Source: Schizosaccharomyces osmophilus (Eukaryota). Taken from it: 64,000 nt of DNA. The position numbers and the translations under genes were made by a program. The notes beneath the pieces were generated by a model, which had not been told where the DNA came from, did no database searches, and saw nothing but the letters and a program-made list of their open reading frames with translations. Location: contig NC_079238.1 in the NCBI RefSeq assembly GCF_027921745.1, positions 310,001 to 374,000 on the forward strand, in the 5' to 3' direction. Shown one piece after another: positions 34,592 to 46,615 of the stretch (the first letter of the stretch is position 1; every line of letters begins with the position of its first letter).

Positions 34592-35280
34592 CTAGCGTAA
34601 GCTTCAAGTCGAGAAATTCACATCTGTAATTTACCTCTTAACGCTAGTTACTAATGGTTTTAGCAATATTTAAAGGTGCTCAAATTATATTTCCTTTCTC
34701 GATAGGTCTTAATTTTGCGCGAAGTTCATTCATTATGGCGGACAATAGTTGAAAGCTCAACTTCCTCCGTTCTTTGAATACATACTACAGAAACAATCAT
34801 ATTTATGATACTGTTGTCATATAGGCTTTGTTCGCTTCTCCTGCTATAAGTACTTATCCTTCAAGTTGTTGTTGTTTGGTATTCATCCACGCACTAGTGT
34901 CTTTACTTACACCGTTCAAAAGTGTCCTTGTACATTTACTATTCCAGTAGTATGGAAGTGTAATTTCATCGTCTTTTATTAAAATTGTATGTTTTTCTCT
35001 GTTTAGGTAAAAATACCGTTTTCATTACGTATTCGCAGGTTTGCATGTTTGTTTTGTTTTTAGGTCCCTTCTTTTTACGTTGATAGTTGGATACCTCAAT
35101 TGCTTTGCAAATATTTTTAAATTAATATTTTCTTCCATTCGTTTTTCTTTCCTCTCGTTTTTAATTTTTTAATTTGAGAAAGGACGAGTCGTTCTGATAC
35201 TATACAAGGCCATCCCTTACAGTCTGCTTTCCCAAGATCTCGCATTACTTGATTTTAGTTCTATTGTTCTCGCTTCAAAC

Positions 35281-36540
35281 ATGTCTGACTATACACGTTT
35301 GCAATCTCCTACAGACTCTGTACATCATGGCAGTGCTGGCTTATTTTCCTCTGTAGTCAATTTGGCCAACACCATATTAGGCGCTGGCATTTTGTCTATG
35401 CCTCATGCTTTTACAAAAACTAGCTTGCTTTTTGGTTGCCTTACTATTTTCTTCAGCGCATTTGTTTCGTTTTTAGGTTTGTACTTTGTGTCATTATGTG
35501 CCGACCGTCTTCCTCGTGGAAAGGCTTCGTTTGCTGCCGTTGCTAAGCATACATTCCCTTCCTTAGCAGTTGTTTTTGATTCCGCTATTGCTATCAAATG
35601 TTTTGGTGTTTCTATCAGCTATCTCGTTATTGTAGGAGATTTGATGCCGCAAATTGCTCCTTCACTTGGCTTTACTGCTTCAATTTTTGAAGATCGTGAA
35701 ACATGGATTGTTATTTCTATTATAATTTTGACTCCACTGGCTTTTTTACGCCGTTTAGATTCTCTTCGTCATACATCTATAATAAGTTTAATCTCTCTTA
35801 GCTACTTGGTCGTTATTGTCATTTATCACTTTTTTAAAGGAGATATGGAACGCGGAGAGATTCGTTACTTTCGTCCCGAGTCTCTTTCTGGATATCTTTC
35901 TGTTCTTCCGGTGTTCGTGTTTGGATTCACTTGCCATCAGAACGCTTTCAGCGTTATTAATGAAGTTAAAACCCCTTCGCACGGATTAATTAATTTCACT
36001 TTATTTAGTGCAGTCTTTTCTTCGATGATTTTGTATCTCATCGTTGCAATCGCTGGTTACCTCTCCTTTGGTTCTTTAACCTCGGGCAATATAATTGCTA
36101 TGTATGATGACGGAAGTTTTTTGATTACCTTTGGAAAACTTGCTATCGTAATATTGGTACTGTTTAGTTATCCCCTACAATGCCATCCATGTCGAAACTC
36201 TTTGTATCAAGCTATTCGTCGTTCTTATTCTGCTCACGATATGTCTAATGGTTACCATACAGGACTGACAATATGCATTCTTATAACTTCCCTATTAATT
36301 GCCCTTTCATTATCCTCCCTTGAATTGGTTCTTGCTTTTGTTGGTAGTACGGGTAGTACTTTCATTTCTTTCGTTCTTCCAGGTCTACTATATTATTTCT
36401 TTTCGCACAATGCTGTTTCTCCTAATATTGCTTCAGAAAAAGAATTAAAGATTACTCGATTTATCGCTGCTTGCCTCGCAATATACGGAGTATCTGTAAT
36501 GATCTTGTGCTTGAATATAAACTTGGCGAAGCTCAAGTAG
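35281..36540 (+). CDS. avt5: Vacuolar amino acid transporter (AAAP family) Avt5
   Basis: 419 aa polytopic membrane protein; NLANTILGAGILSMP, VFGFTCHQN, SYPLQCHPCR. Confidence 0.92.
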   Translation: MSDYTRLQSPTDSVHHGSAGLFSSVVNLANTILGAGILSMPHAFTKTSLLFGCLTIFFSAFVSFLGLYFVSLCADRLPRGKASFAAVAKHTFPSLAVVFDSAIAIKCFGVSISYLVIVGDLMPQIAPSLGFTASIFEDRETWIVISIIILTPLAFLRRLDSLRHTSIISLISLSYLVVIVIYHFFKGDMERGEIRYFRPESLSGYLSVLPVFVFGFTCHQNAFSVINEVKTPSHGLINFTLFSAVFSSMILYLIVAIAGYLSFGSLTSGNIIAMYDDGSFLITFGKLAIVILVLFSYPLQCHPCRNSLYQAIRRSYSAHDMSNGYHTGLTICILITSLLIALSLSSLELVLAFVGSTGSTFISFVLPGLLYYFFSHNAVSPNIASEKELKITRFIAACLAIYGVSVMILCLNINLAKLK

Positions 36541-36686
36541 CTATCTTCAATTAGTGAAGTTTATGGATATTTTTGTTAACGTTTCCTTTAATCATTTCAT
36601 TATTGATTTATGACATTGATAACTTATTTATTTTACAGGTAAACCAGCAATATAGTTCCTTCTTCTTTTCCTCTCTAATTAGACTC

Positions 36687-38165
36687 TTACTGAAACATGT
36701 TTGCAGGCCGAAAGTCTTCCTGACCAGGGTACCAGACTAACCACGAATCGCTTGGCAAGTAGTGCCACGGTGGTTTTTTACCATAATATAAGTCTCCTGT
36801 TTGCGAATACTGATAGCTCGATTGCCTGTCTGCACACGCTTGTGAATTTGTCTCATCCGGAATATAGTAAACATAGTTTGAATTACAGTCGTTGATTGGG
36901 ATTGTCTGAGGTGGATAATAAGGGTGCGGGAAACTCTCAACTTCAGCTGGCCAAGGATTTACTTCGTTATTACCAATGAAAAAAGGCATATCTGGACTGG
37001 GGTACATATCATAGGAAGCATGTATCTCGGAAGGAAATTGATATTCCTCATTTAGATTTGACAGCGCCTGACGAGCTGGGTATCCATTAAGCAAATGAAA
37101 GGCTCGCTGAAATTCACTTTGTAATCCTCTTACACTTGTGTCGTCCGCCGTATTAGCGAGGTTGCGCGATGTGTTAAATGGTTCCTCAACGCATAAAGAA
37201 CTATTCATGTCCATATTCCACCCTTTGGCACGTTTATTTAAAATGGATCCACTCCTGACGGAGGCGACACTCTCTTTGTAGTCGTAAAAGAATCCATAAT
37301 AGCGGAAAAAGTCTAAAAAGAGATCTCCCAAAGAAGCCTTGTTTCGATGAGAATCCTTCTGGAAATTCCCGAGGTTTGTTGTGAATTGAACATTGTTTTT
37401 CTGGCCGGCATTCAGTTCCATCATGGAAGGAAGCAAGCGAGGATTTCGAGTTTGCAAAAAATTAACAATCATACAAGAAAGTGTATAAGAAGTGATTGTC
37501 CCGCAGCCGACGGCATCATTAAGGCTTCGTTGTTTTGCCCAGTATTTAATTATTAGTCCGAGTGCTCGCATGCGTGGGTCAATCTTAACGAAAAGATGCA
37601 GCATTTCCGTGTTTAATTTTGCAATATCATTGTTGATATTGATGTCACTGCTGATGTTTAGTTGTGGATCCCAAATTTTTACAATGGGAACTCTAGCTCT
37701 TGGTACACAAGTAATTCTCTTCATTCCATCTAGACAATTGGTCAGTTTCTGATAGCTTCTTGATTTCTGCATACAGGTGTGTAATATATATGCCAGCTGG
37801 CAGGTAGAGCGTAGTTGTTCTTTCCCTCTTGTTACAATACACACATCTATATCAGACTGGTGAATGGCTAAACGGCTTTCAGTGGAGCCGAATACAAAAA
37901 GGTCTAAATTTTTATCCGGAATAGAGTTTTTCAAAATTGTTTTGAGCTTGATGATAAATTGTTCACGATGAACCTTTTCTTGGGGGGTAGGCTTCAAGTC
38001 CTTGAACAATTTCCAGCATTCTTTAGTTAGTTCTTCAGATCCTCTTTGTTTGGCTATGTTCTCAAGATTGACATTGCTTTGTAGACGGATAGATTTGGTT
38101 TCAAATCGTTTTCTTTTAGGTGATACAAAGCTTTCGAATGGACAGTAATCAAATCCTAATTCCAT
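36687..38165 (-). CDS. cid11: Cid1-family non-canonical poly(A)/nucleotidyl transferase Cid11, 2 exons
   Basis: FGS..SDIDV, ARVPIVK, EEPFNTSRN motifs. Intron 37774-37730 (45 nt, GTATGC..CTGAC..TAG) is read through by the ORF track. Confidence 0.88.
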   Translation of the reverse strand: MELGFDYCPFESFVSPKRKRFETKSIRLQSNVNLENIAKQRGSEELTKECWKLFKDLKPTPQEKVHREQFIIKLKTILKNSIPDKNLDLFVFGSTESRLAIHQSDIDVCIVTRGKEQLRSTCQLAYILHTCMQKSRSYQKLTNCLDGMKRITCVPRARVPIVKIWDPQLNISSDININNDIAKLNTEMLHLFVKIDPRMRALGLIIKYWAKQRSLNDAVGCGTITSYTLSCMIVNFLQTRNPRLLPSMMELNAGQKNNVQFTTNLGNFQKDSHRNKASLGDLFLDFFRYYGFFYDYKESVASVRSGSILNKRAKGWNMDMNSSLCVEEPFNTSRNLANTADDTSVRGLQSEFQRAFHLLNGYPARQALSNLNEEYQFPSEIHASYDMYPSPDMPFFIGNNEVNPWPAEVESFPHPYYPPQTIPINDCNSNYVYYIPDETNSQACADRQSSYQYSQTGDLYYGKKPPWHYLPSDSWLVWYPGQEDFRPANMFQ

Positions 38166-38288
38166 TTTCCAAAAATCGTATATGTACTGATAATGTCAAT
38201 CTTTGCAGAAGTGCCGTTAAAGAAGGTCATTCATGTGTATGTGGAAGCAGTAATGTTTTTGTTTGGCTATAAATATGTTTTAGTCGAT

Positions 38289-38331
38289 GTAAACAATAGC
38301 TCCTATAAAATGGTGAATATGTAAACAAACA
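38289..38331. promoter_or_regulatory. Two FLEX/forkhead (Mei4-type) sites upstream of cid11
   Basis: GTAAACAA 38289-38296 and GTAAACAAACA 38321-38331. Confidence 0.65.
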
Positions 38332-38613
38332 AGTTCACACCAACGAACCAAACGCAACGTATATGAACAAACTTACTACTTTTTTTTTGTAAGTTCTTCT
38401 ACACTTAAAACAAAGAGTACATGAAAAATTGTTGTACTGAGCTAAATGAATTATCCTTGAACAAATATCGAACTTTAAAAAATCTTGATTGTACTTTCAG
38501 CGTCAGCTGACTTCGTAAATAGGTGCTATTCTATATCATAAGCTGTGACTCATTAATTTGCATTTTATATATGTGGTCATGAATGTCGTATCTCAACCAT
38601 AGCATAAAAACAA

Positions 38614-41601
38614 TTATGATACAGTTTTATCGTTTAGAAAATTCGTGGTCCAGTCACCGTCTGAATTTCGTTCAATTATATACGTGGGCCAAAAACGGGT
38701 ATCAGGGCGGATACTAGCTAATAGTGTTGCGCCTCGACGATTCATTTGTTTAACTTGGATGTAAGGCTCCGAAGGGATTTCACTGACAATCCTTTTAAAG
38801 TCGGAAAAGTTGTTTATTGGCTTGCCATCAATAGCTACAATCCAATGTGCGGCTCGAAGCATATTCAGTGCTGGTGATCCATACAGAATACTTCCGACAT
38901 AGACTCCATCGGGACCCGGGAGTTCAACACCAGGCTCCACTTGTTCGTAAACACTTCTGTGTGTAGAATGCACGACGGCTCCATTCCAAGAGACAACCTC
39001 GGAACTAAACGTAGGAGTATCCGTATATAAAGGAAACTTAAAGTTTACTTCCTTTCCATCACGAAGTATAACTGCGTCTAGTTCTGAAGACTCTTCGAAT
39101 TCATGAAGATCTGAAACTCTAGTTATCATTTTTCCATTTACGCTTATTAAAACATCTCCGACTCTTAAAGAGGAATCTTCTGGGAGAGGCTTCAGATGAG
39201 AAACGACGTATAGAGGGCGAGGTATCGTACCGTTCTCTTTCGATTTTACGTAAAACTCAGATGAGCGGTTTTGAGACATTCCTAATGTAGTTGCACCAGC
39301 CAAACTAATGTGGGAAAATTCTACTCCGGCGGTTTTGACCACCGGCTGAGGTCGAAGAGAGGGAGGCAGTCGTAGACGCTCAAGCACAGGAAGCACATAA
39401 GCCATTGAAAGCCCAAATTTATTCGTATACTCTTTTCCGCTAACTTCTTGATGGATTACGGAGATCCATAAAGCCACAATTTCACGTTTATCTTCTCGGT
39501 CACGGAAAATTAAACCACCCGTTGAGGCCGAAGATTCCATCAAAGACATAACCTCACAATTCACATAACGGAACTTGGGAGGAGAAGACCTTTCCGTCTC
39601 AACTACAGAAACACTTCGCACAGTTGTGTTCTTTGTGAGCAATTGTAAATCTTCATCAAGAGCTGCTAAAGTGCATTCATCACCCGTACGCATAAAATCG
39701 GCGGCGAATTCGAGTTGTACTATGTTGCTTGGTAAATAATCGCACGACAATAATGCGATTCTATCATCAAGATACACAATACGACCCATAGCACTAGATG
39801 ATTGGAAGGTCAATCGAATGTCGCAAATCTCAACAGGAATAACAGTACGATCAACAACAATTAGAGGAGGAACAACAGATACAATGACACCTGTGCCACT
39901 GTAGGCTTTAGATGAATTAAAACCATTGATACTTAGAGGCATGCGACAATGGATTAAAACCAAAGAGTTCTGAATAGCCTCCAAACTTTTAGCACCTTCA
40001 GCTGGTCTTGGAATGATACTTGGCCTCCGCGACTTGGCAATTAAAGGAGCTGGTAAACCCTCACGATCCCAAGTCCCTTCTTTGTCATTTCTTTGGAAAA
40101 TACTAGACATGAAGAAATGTCTGTCAATTGTAATAATTGTAAACTCTTCTTCGTATTTCCCTAGAACTCTGAAATGCATAGGAACACGCGCATTATCTGG
40201 CAGATTTAAGACCACCTGTATAAACGCGTCCAAATTAGGGGTCGGTTTATTTGCAAGTTTCGTTACCAAAAAGTCCCGGCTTCCTGACGACCAATTTAGC
40301 ATTCCTGAAGCAGCTACATATGTTCCGGAATTTAGAGGAAATTGGTAGGAACGCGCGAGTTGATATGAGAGATCATGGAGAATGGCGCCTCCGATTTCCA
40401 AGAAACGTGAAGGAGTGACACTATGCAAATCTTGAACATGCAATTCCACTACCAGGTAACCAACCTTGGGGCGATAAATCCGCCAGCGAGTAGGCTCTCC
40501 GACTTTTTCATCTACAATTTCAAAAAAAGAGACGAAGTCTATGATATAGGCGGCATCTTGGCCATCCGCTTCATATGCAATCAGAACGTCTCCGGGTTCT
40601 AAAGCACGAGCTGCTTCGCTACCTCGTAAGACTTTTGAAACTACCAGCAATCCATTACTTTCAGGAATGCGAGTACGACAGTTATTTTCGAATTCACTAG
40701 GGAGGCCAATACGTGATAATTCGTCGTAGGACCAATGGATAAATTCAGTTAGCAAAGTACCACGGGTAATAGGACGGTCATTTTCTAAGCAACGTAAGGC
40801 ACGAACAATACGGTTCAATGGAAGATAAAAGGAGGATGCACTACTATTGGATCCACCTGAATTTAGAGCAACCGCAGCGCCGGATATGTCGAGGACAGGA
40901 CTCCCTGAACTTCCACCACTAGTTCCACTAGCAGCTTGGTAATAAAATGTATTGAAATCGTTATAGTTATCAATTCCGTAGTTAGGAGCTGGTCGGTCCA
41001 AGCGTGCTAATGTCGAACTTAAAATAGATAACTTTTCACCTGCATCATTACCAATGATGCGGATATCTAAACCAACTTTTGCAAGGTCAGGAGCTAAGGG
41101 AATTTCATCGGCCACATGAAAGCGGATGGAAGCAGGGTCATAGCGAAAGAATCCAAAGTCATGGACAGGATCTCGGTAAAGAGGATATATGTCAATTTCT
41201 TCATAGTTAATAAAGGAAGCACGGGCAGTGATAGGACCAGGAGAAACAACGTGACGATTCGAGAGAATTAAACCGAGTTTTTTATTTACAACAAATCCGG
41301 TAGCACAAAAACCACCAGCGCTTTCCGTGTCAAAGGAACGCAAAGCAGATCCTTTTATGGATACAATACTGTGAACGACCTTCTTGGTTGTTTCGTCCCA
41401 AGTATGATAATTGATTTTTTCGCGTAATGTTTTTTCTGCATCTGTGCTGCGAATAGGGAAAGGCTCATTAATATCAAAAATGTCCCTTCCCATTTGCTCA
41501 GGCTTCTGGGGAGTATTAAAATTGGATGTAATTTGGTCAGCACTAAACTTGGGAATGGGAATATGATTCGGTCGATAATCTGCAGAAATTGGAGGAGGCA
41601 T
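38614..41601 (-). CDS. htr11: Nma111/HtrA-like PDZ serine protease
   Basis: 995 aa; catalytic triad contexts [23 protein letters not shown]; duplicated protease/PDZ architecture of the Nma111 family. Confidence 0.88.
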   Translation of the reverse strand: MPPPISADYRPNHIPIPKFSADQITSNFNTPQKPEQMGRDIFDINEPFPIRSTDAEKTLREKINYHTWDETTKKVVHSIVSIKGSALRSFDTESAGGFCATGFVVNKKLGLILSNRHVVSPGPITARASFINYEEIDIYPLYRDPVHDFGFFRYDPASIRFHVADEIPLAPDLAKVGLDIRIIGNDAGEKLSILSSTLARLDRPAPNYGIDNYNDFNTFYYQAASGTSGGSSGSPVLDISGAAVALNSGGSNSSASSFYLPLNRIVRALRCLENDRPITRGTLLTEFIHWSYDELSRIGLPSEFENNCRTRIPESNGLLVVSKVLRGSEAARALEPGDVLIAYEADGQDAAYIIDFVSFFEIVDEKVGEPTRWRIYRPKVGYLVVELHVQDLHSVTPSRFLEIGGAILHDLSYQLARSYQFPLNSGTYVAASGMLNWSSGSRDFLVTKLANKPTPNLDAFIQVVLNLPDNARVPMHFRVLGKYEEEFTIITIDRHFFMSSIFQRNDKEGTWDREGLPAPLIAKSRRPSIIPRPAEGAKSLEAIQNSLVLIHCRMPLSINGFNSSKAYSGTGVIVSVVPPLIVVDRTVIPVEICDIRLTFQSSSAMGRIVYLDDRIALLSCDYLPSNIVQLEFAADFMRTGDECTLAALDEDLQLLTKNTTVRSVSVVETERSSPPKFRYVNCEVMSLMESSASTGGLIFRDREDKREIVALWISVIHQEVSGKEYTNKFGLSMAYVLPVLERLRLPPSLRPQPVVKTAGVEFSHISLAGATTLGMSQNRSSEFYVKSKENGTIPRPLYVVSHLKPLPEDSSLRVGDVLISVNGKMITRVSDLHEFEESSELDAVILRDGKEVNFKFPLYTDTPTFSSEVVSWNGAVVHSTHRSVYEQVEPGVELPGPDGVYVGSILYGSPALNMLRAAHWIVAIDGKPINNFSDFKRIVSEIPSEPYIQVKQMNRRGATLLASIRPDTRFWPTYIIERNSDGDWTTNFLNDKTVS

Positions 41602-42625
41602 GTTGATGATATATGCTTTTCTTTGTATAGGTTACTCAATTCAGTGCTTGAAAGAAAATCGCTGCGAGAACGAAAGCGCTAAAAAAGGTGAGGTATCGTG
41701 AGCTCAATTAAAAAAAAAAAAAACCTCCAATTTAGACAAAGTCAATCCCTGTTGGCCTTTTTAGTATATATGCTTTGTTAACAGATTAGAACCAAGTCTT
41801 AGAACTGAAGACAGCTAAGAAGTGTCAAGTCACTGTTTCAGTAAATGCTCAAAGCTTTGTCCCTGTGAAATTAAACAGGTTTTTTGAAGACAGTGAATCA
41901 AGCTCTAAACGGAAGAAAATGTCAATATCAAAAGGCAGTTTCCCAATTTTGGGGGAATTTATGATATAAAGCGTAGAGAAGAGGACTACACAAAAATTCG
42001 GCTTCAAGTTAAATCAAAAATATGGGAGAGTGAATTTTTCTTGGCTGGACTGAAAAGGGTAAATAAATATACGGAGTAGGCAAATATGCTGCACGATTCA
42101 TAGGACCGCTAGTAAAAGAAATCATCGGTTCAACGTGAGGATGTGATGACTATTAAGTGATGTGATATATGACTCTGATTCAGTAAGTTCCATCGAGCCA
42201 CAGCAACAAATGATGCCAAAAAAGGCTATCGTTCAATTTACACGATGCAATTCTAAATGTAACCTTGTCGTGGCGAAATCAACTTGAAATTCCTTCACGC
42301 AAATCTAGTTCTTCATAGTGATGTCAAGGGATGACCAAATGACGGTGGTGGTTGAAACGCAAGTAATAAGCGTAGTGTATAGTTTCGGTTCCAAATGAGC
42401 TTGTTAAAAAATTGGTAGGATATGAAATAAATTGCCAGATTTGATCCTTTGATTTAGAACGAAAGTAATAAAACGAAAGGAGCACTCCAACAAGTAGTTG
42501 TTGGTAGGATAGAGAAGGCTGTACACTTAAATAGAGAATAAATATGTAGAAGGGAGAGATTCAGTAAAATCAACAGTATTTGTAGTGCCTGCCTTTGACA
42601 AGTCGGAACCAGTTGGAACGAGTTT

Positions 42626-43594
42626 TCACTTCTGGGAAGCAATTTCGAGGGAAGTATCGGATGGGGTCATAGACGAAAAACTGTTCATTCTTTCTTCATA
42701 TAGTACTATGTCTTGTTCCAAAAGAATAATAATGGGCTTCCAGTTGTTAGAGATTGCCACTTCGAGAGCAGACTTGAAGGAGTGCAAGATGGAGGATAAT
42801 AAAGTCGCGATTTCCGAACGTTCGGCTTCAGATATTGGTAAATCAGCCTTGGAAGTAGCAGTAGAAGGAGACAGAGACTGTAATTTCATTTCAGAAGGAT
42901 GGACTTCTTCTACAAAGCGCTGGTAAAATTGGATACCAGAATTCGCTTGACTTACCATGAATCGTAAAAAAGATTCTTTTTCGCGTAATGCGTATATGGT
43001 TCTTGTGATTTTGTTAACATGGGGCCGAGCGTCGTACTGTTCTTGTAATCGCAAAAGTTGATCTTCTAAGTCGTGGATCTCTGTTTGTTCAAGCGAGTCG
43101 CATGTTTGTAAACGCTTTACAAGGTGGGATCGATGATCATATAAAATGGAAAGTTTCCTTTCCAACTCTGATATTTCTTTGCTGACTTCTGCTATTAAAG
43201 TCTTCAGATCCGTAATTTCCTGTGCGCGCTCTTTCTCCTGAATTGATGCTTTGATAGTAGTAATTTGCTCTACGAGCTCTTTTTGAATATAGAATTCTTC
43301 TTGAAGTTTTTTCGACTTGCTTTTGTAATTCATGGCTCGTTCCTCGCATTCCTCGCACCAGACACGGAGCTGTTCCCCAAGAGCTTTTCGAATTCGATGA
43401 ACCTTTTCGCATTCTTTCGGTAGAAAAATAATTTGAGCATGCTCGTCCAAGATTGCCTGAATCTTTCTTTCGGCTCCCGAAATTGGCCCCAAGTGTTCTT
43501 GTGACGAACCAGTAGTAGGATTTTCTTGTAATTCTATCACCTTCTCATTCTTCTTGGGGGAAAATATGCTCCTTCCATTTTTCTTATAGCTCAT
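42626..43594 (-). CDS. Coiled-coil protein (position of SPBC1685.04); possibly Atg28-like
   Basis: 322-aa ATG-initiated ORF, E/K/Q/L-rich heptad pattern. Confidence 0.8.
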   Translation of the reverse strand: MSYKKNGRSIFSPKKNEKVIELQENPTTGSSQEHLGPISGAERKIQAILDEHAQIIFLPKECEKVHRIRKALGEQLRVWCEECEERAMNYKSKSKKLQEEFYIQKELVEQITTIKASIQEKERAQEITDLKTLIAEVSKEISELERKLSILYDHRSHLVKRLQTCDSLEQTEIHDLEDQLLRLQEQYDARPHVNKITRTIYALREKESFLRFMVSQANSGIQFYQRFVEEVHPSEMKLQSLSPSTATSKADLPISEAERSEIATLLSSILHSFKSALEVAISNNWKPIIILLEQDIVLYEERMNSFSSMTPSDTSLEIASQK

Positions 43595-44480
43595 TATAGA
43601 TGTACCTCTGCTGTGTAGCGTAAAAGAGGCCGATTAGGTATGGCACGTAAATTCCAAAGAAAAAGGATCTTGGCGAGCACAAAGTTTACCCAATTCGCGA
43701 AAAAAAAGACTTTTAAGTTATACAATGTAATTTTTGTCAAAGCGTACAACAGTATAAACCTCAAACGCGCTTTTGTTTATTGTTTAAAGCACTGCTGCAT
43801 TGCTTTCGATCTTACATAGTGAAGTTCCAGTAGCTTCGTTAATCAATAAACAAACAAATGTAGTAAAAAAAAAAAAAAAAAAAAAAATCAATTATGTCTA
43901 TAACGTGGGCTCTCTTTTAGGCTGTAAAGTTGAACGAGTCCATTTGTCCTATGGGCTTGTTTATCTCGCGATCGATAATCCACTTTCAGTTTTTTCATAT
44001 CGAGTTGTTTGTCCCGATATGAGACACATGACTTTGGAGATGCATATTCGTGAAGACGATCCCTAGTTACGCTTTGAATGGCACCATCCTTTCTATTTTA
44101 TTTTATTTTTACCGAAACATGGATTAATTGTTCTGACTGGAAAGGGTCAAGTATTGACATACAAAAATATACATAATCGCATACACGTAACGATTTTTCA
44201 TTATTTGTTTCAACGTTATAGAGAAAAGCTATGTTCTTCTTAAAGAACTGAATGCGTGAAGTTGCATTCAACACAAATTTGGTAAAGGGGGACCATTAAT
44301 AATATAGGTAGACATGCACGTCAAAAAGGTTTGGGATCTTTCGTGAATATTGGATTTGTGGAAATAGAATGCGTCAGAAAACGGACAAGAATGGTTTCCA
44401 TCAAAATTGTTTCAAGTTATATTAGGTTATAATAATGAATGACAACGATGATCCTTCACAATTTTTTCATTTGAAGCAAA

Positions 44481-44952
44481 CTACTCTAGAACGCGAGTTG
44501 GCGACTCGAGAGGATGTAATTGTGCCAAGTAAGTTATGGCCCTTAATTTCGTTTCGTTAGCTATTGCATCGAGCAGAGTATGCACAATTGATTCCTTACC
44601 ATAATATGTAGCAGCAAGAAAAAGTTAAGATTAAAGTCATTTGCCATGTACTAAAAAAGAAACGAGTTAATAACAAACTCCAAAGAAAGCGGACACACAA
44701 ACAAGAGATTGAGGGTAACGTTACATATCAAGAGATTGACTTGTAGGGCATGTAAGAATAGTTAAAGGCACTCACAATACGGGAAGTTCTTGTTAGGAAG
44801 TACAAGCAGCCAAAAAGAACAATCCCCGTCATTTCCCACTCCTTTTATTTCCAAACTTACTTTGTATTGCTTCCTTTTGGAGCAAAATAGTAAAAAACCA
44901 CACACAGCAAAGCAGTGAGGAATCCAACTAAAAGAACAGAATACCCGCTCAT
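44481..44952 (-). CDS. vma9: V-ATPase V0 subunit e Vma9, 3 exons; not recovered by ORF track
   Basis: Exons 44952-44861, 44650-44600, 44541-44481 give MSGYSVLLVGFLTALLCVVFYYFAPKGSNTNTWQMTLILTFSCCYILWAITYLAQLHPLESPTRVLE*; WAITYLAQLHPL signature. Confidence 0.94.
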
Positions 44953-45435
44953 GAATGTCTAAATTACACGTAAAATAAATATAAAACAACTTTTCTTACG
45001 TCCAAGTTGGATTCAACTACGCTGTCGTACGTTTTATTAAAGGTTACAAAGTCGTTACTTAATCCAAGCATAAAGCAAAGTAAAGACAAGATAGATCACA
45101 ACTTGATGTATAGAAATATGTGTAGAGAAAATGCCATAATTAGTTTATAGTAGAAAAATTAAGAACTATTATTGAATCCCGTATTGAACAAACGCAGCTA
45201 AGAACAGCAGGCGCGAAAATTCTTGTATGACAGCTTGATTGATCGCTGATTTCGGGTTATTAGTTTTCTTTCAAATGTCTACTCTTTTGATTCATTATTT
45301 TTTGTTTGACATAGAGCACATAGTTGTTAGGCTGGGGAATACTCGTGTGCAAAACATACGTATCTTGAGATAAAATTCTTGTGTAAAAAAAATGCAAAAG
45401 AAAGAAAGAGAAGGATGGGTAGGAGATTCCAAGCT

Positions 45436-46216
45436 CTAAGAGGATTCTTCTTTTTGGAATAACGTTAAAAGGCCGAGTGCCCCTAACAAAACATATTTTA
45501 AGGTGGGATAGTCCGTCAACCAAATCGTAATCATTCCCAAGTAAGGGAAATATCCTCTGACAACACCAATTACATGCTTTTCACGATCCAAATAAGTCAT
45601 GGTTCGTGGAAACAACCCAACGTCGTCGATTCGATTGTTATCACCCTTCGTTATAAATTTCGTTTCATTCCTATAAGTCCCTGGTTAGAATCTATCTCAC
45701 ACTAGAATATAAAATTTTCCTCAAGTACTTACTCTGATTCGTACAACTTGACAACTCGATGAACAATAGGGATCGGACGGTGCGGCAAAGAGTAAACGAC
45801 AATGTCACCAATTCCCAACGAAGAGCCATACCAAATTTTCTGCCATAGAGAAGGATCCGAACCTTCCAATTGTTTCTCCAAAGCCGGTTTTCGATTATCC
45901 AGAAATAGTAAATCGCCTCTACGGAATGACGGCTCCATCGATTCAGACAATACAACAACAACAGGGCTTTCGCAGTCGGTCATTAACGATAACGTTTTAT
46001 ATCCCATAAATGCGCTCGAAAGCACAAGGAGCAGATTTAGAACCTGGGAAAGCACCTATCCATGAGTTAGACTACCCATTCTCGGTCTATAAACATTCGT
46101 TTATTTCCACACTCTGTGATCTCAAATTCCACGAAGCATAGAATATATAAACAAAAGGAGCTAAATTCAGCTCCAAAAATCGTTCTTACCTGCCGAAAAT
46201 TCATTTTAGTCTTCAT
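45436..46216 (-). CDS. sec11: Signal peptidase catalytic subunit Sec11, 3 exons
   Basis: Exons 46216-46190, 46055-45733, 45670-45436. Motifs [23 protein letters not shown]. Confidence 0.94.
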
Positions 46217-46615
46217 CTTGCAAGCTGCGTCGTTTATGGGAAAGGACAAATGGTCGACAGTCAGTCTTTCTCACAAATGCAACAATGAGAATATGAATGT
46301 AATTCTTAAGAACGATAAAAGTAAGCTTAAAAATGAAAGAACGAAAGAGAAGAATCGATTTCAGACGATTTTCGCGTTTGTTTTTGGTTTAGTGAGCATC
46401 CGAACTCCATTGCTGCTATACTCAATATGGTATTAATGACACACTCGAAATATCGCTAATTGAATGCATGGCTCAAACTACTCAAGACCTTATAGGGTAG
46501 GGTTAAGACTGTTTTTTTCGTCAATAATCATAAAAAGTAATGGAGAAAATTATTGTTTGCACCCGGAGCATATAATCGAGGACGTCTTGATTTAACGCTA
46601 CACTTTCTAATTAAA

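Noticed and set aside
42143..42260. GTGATGA..CTGA..ATGATGC as a C/D snoRNA
   Set aside because: No terminal box D, terminal stem or recognisable rRNA guide.
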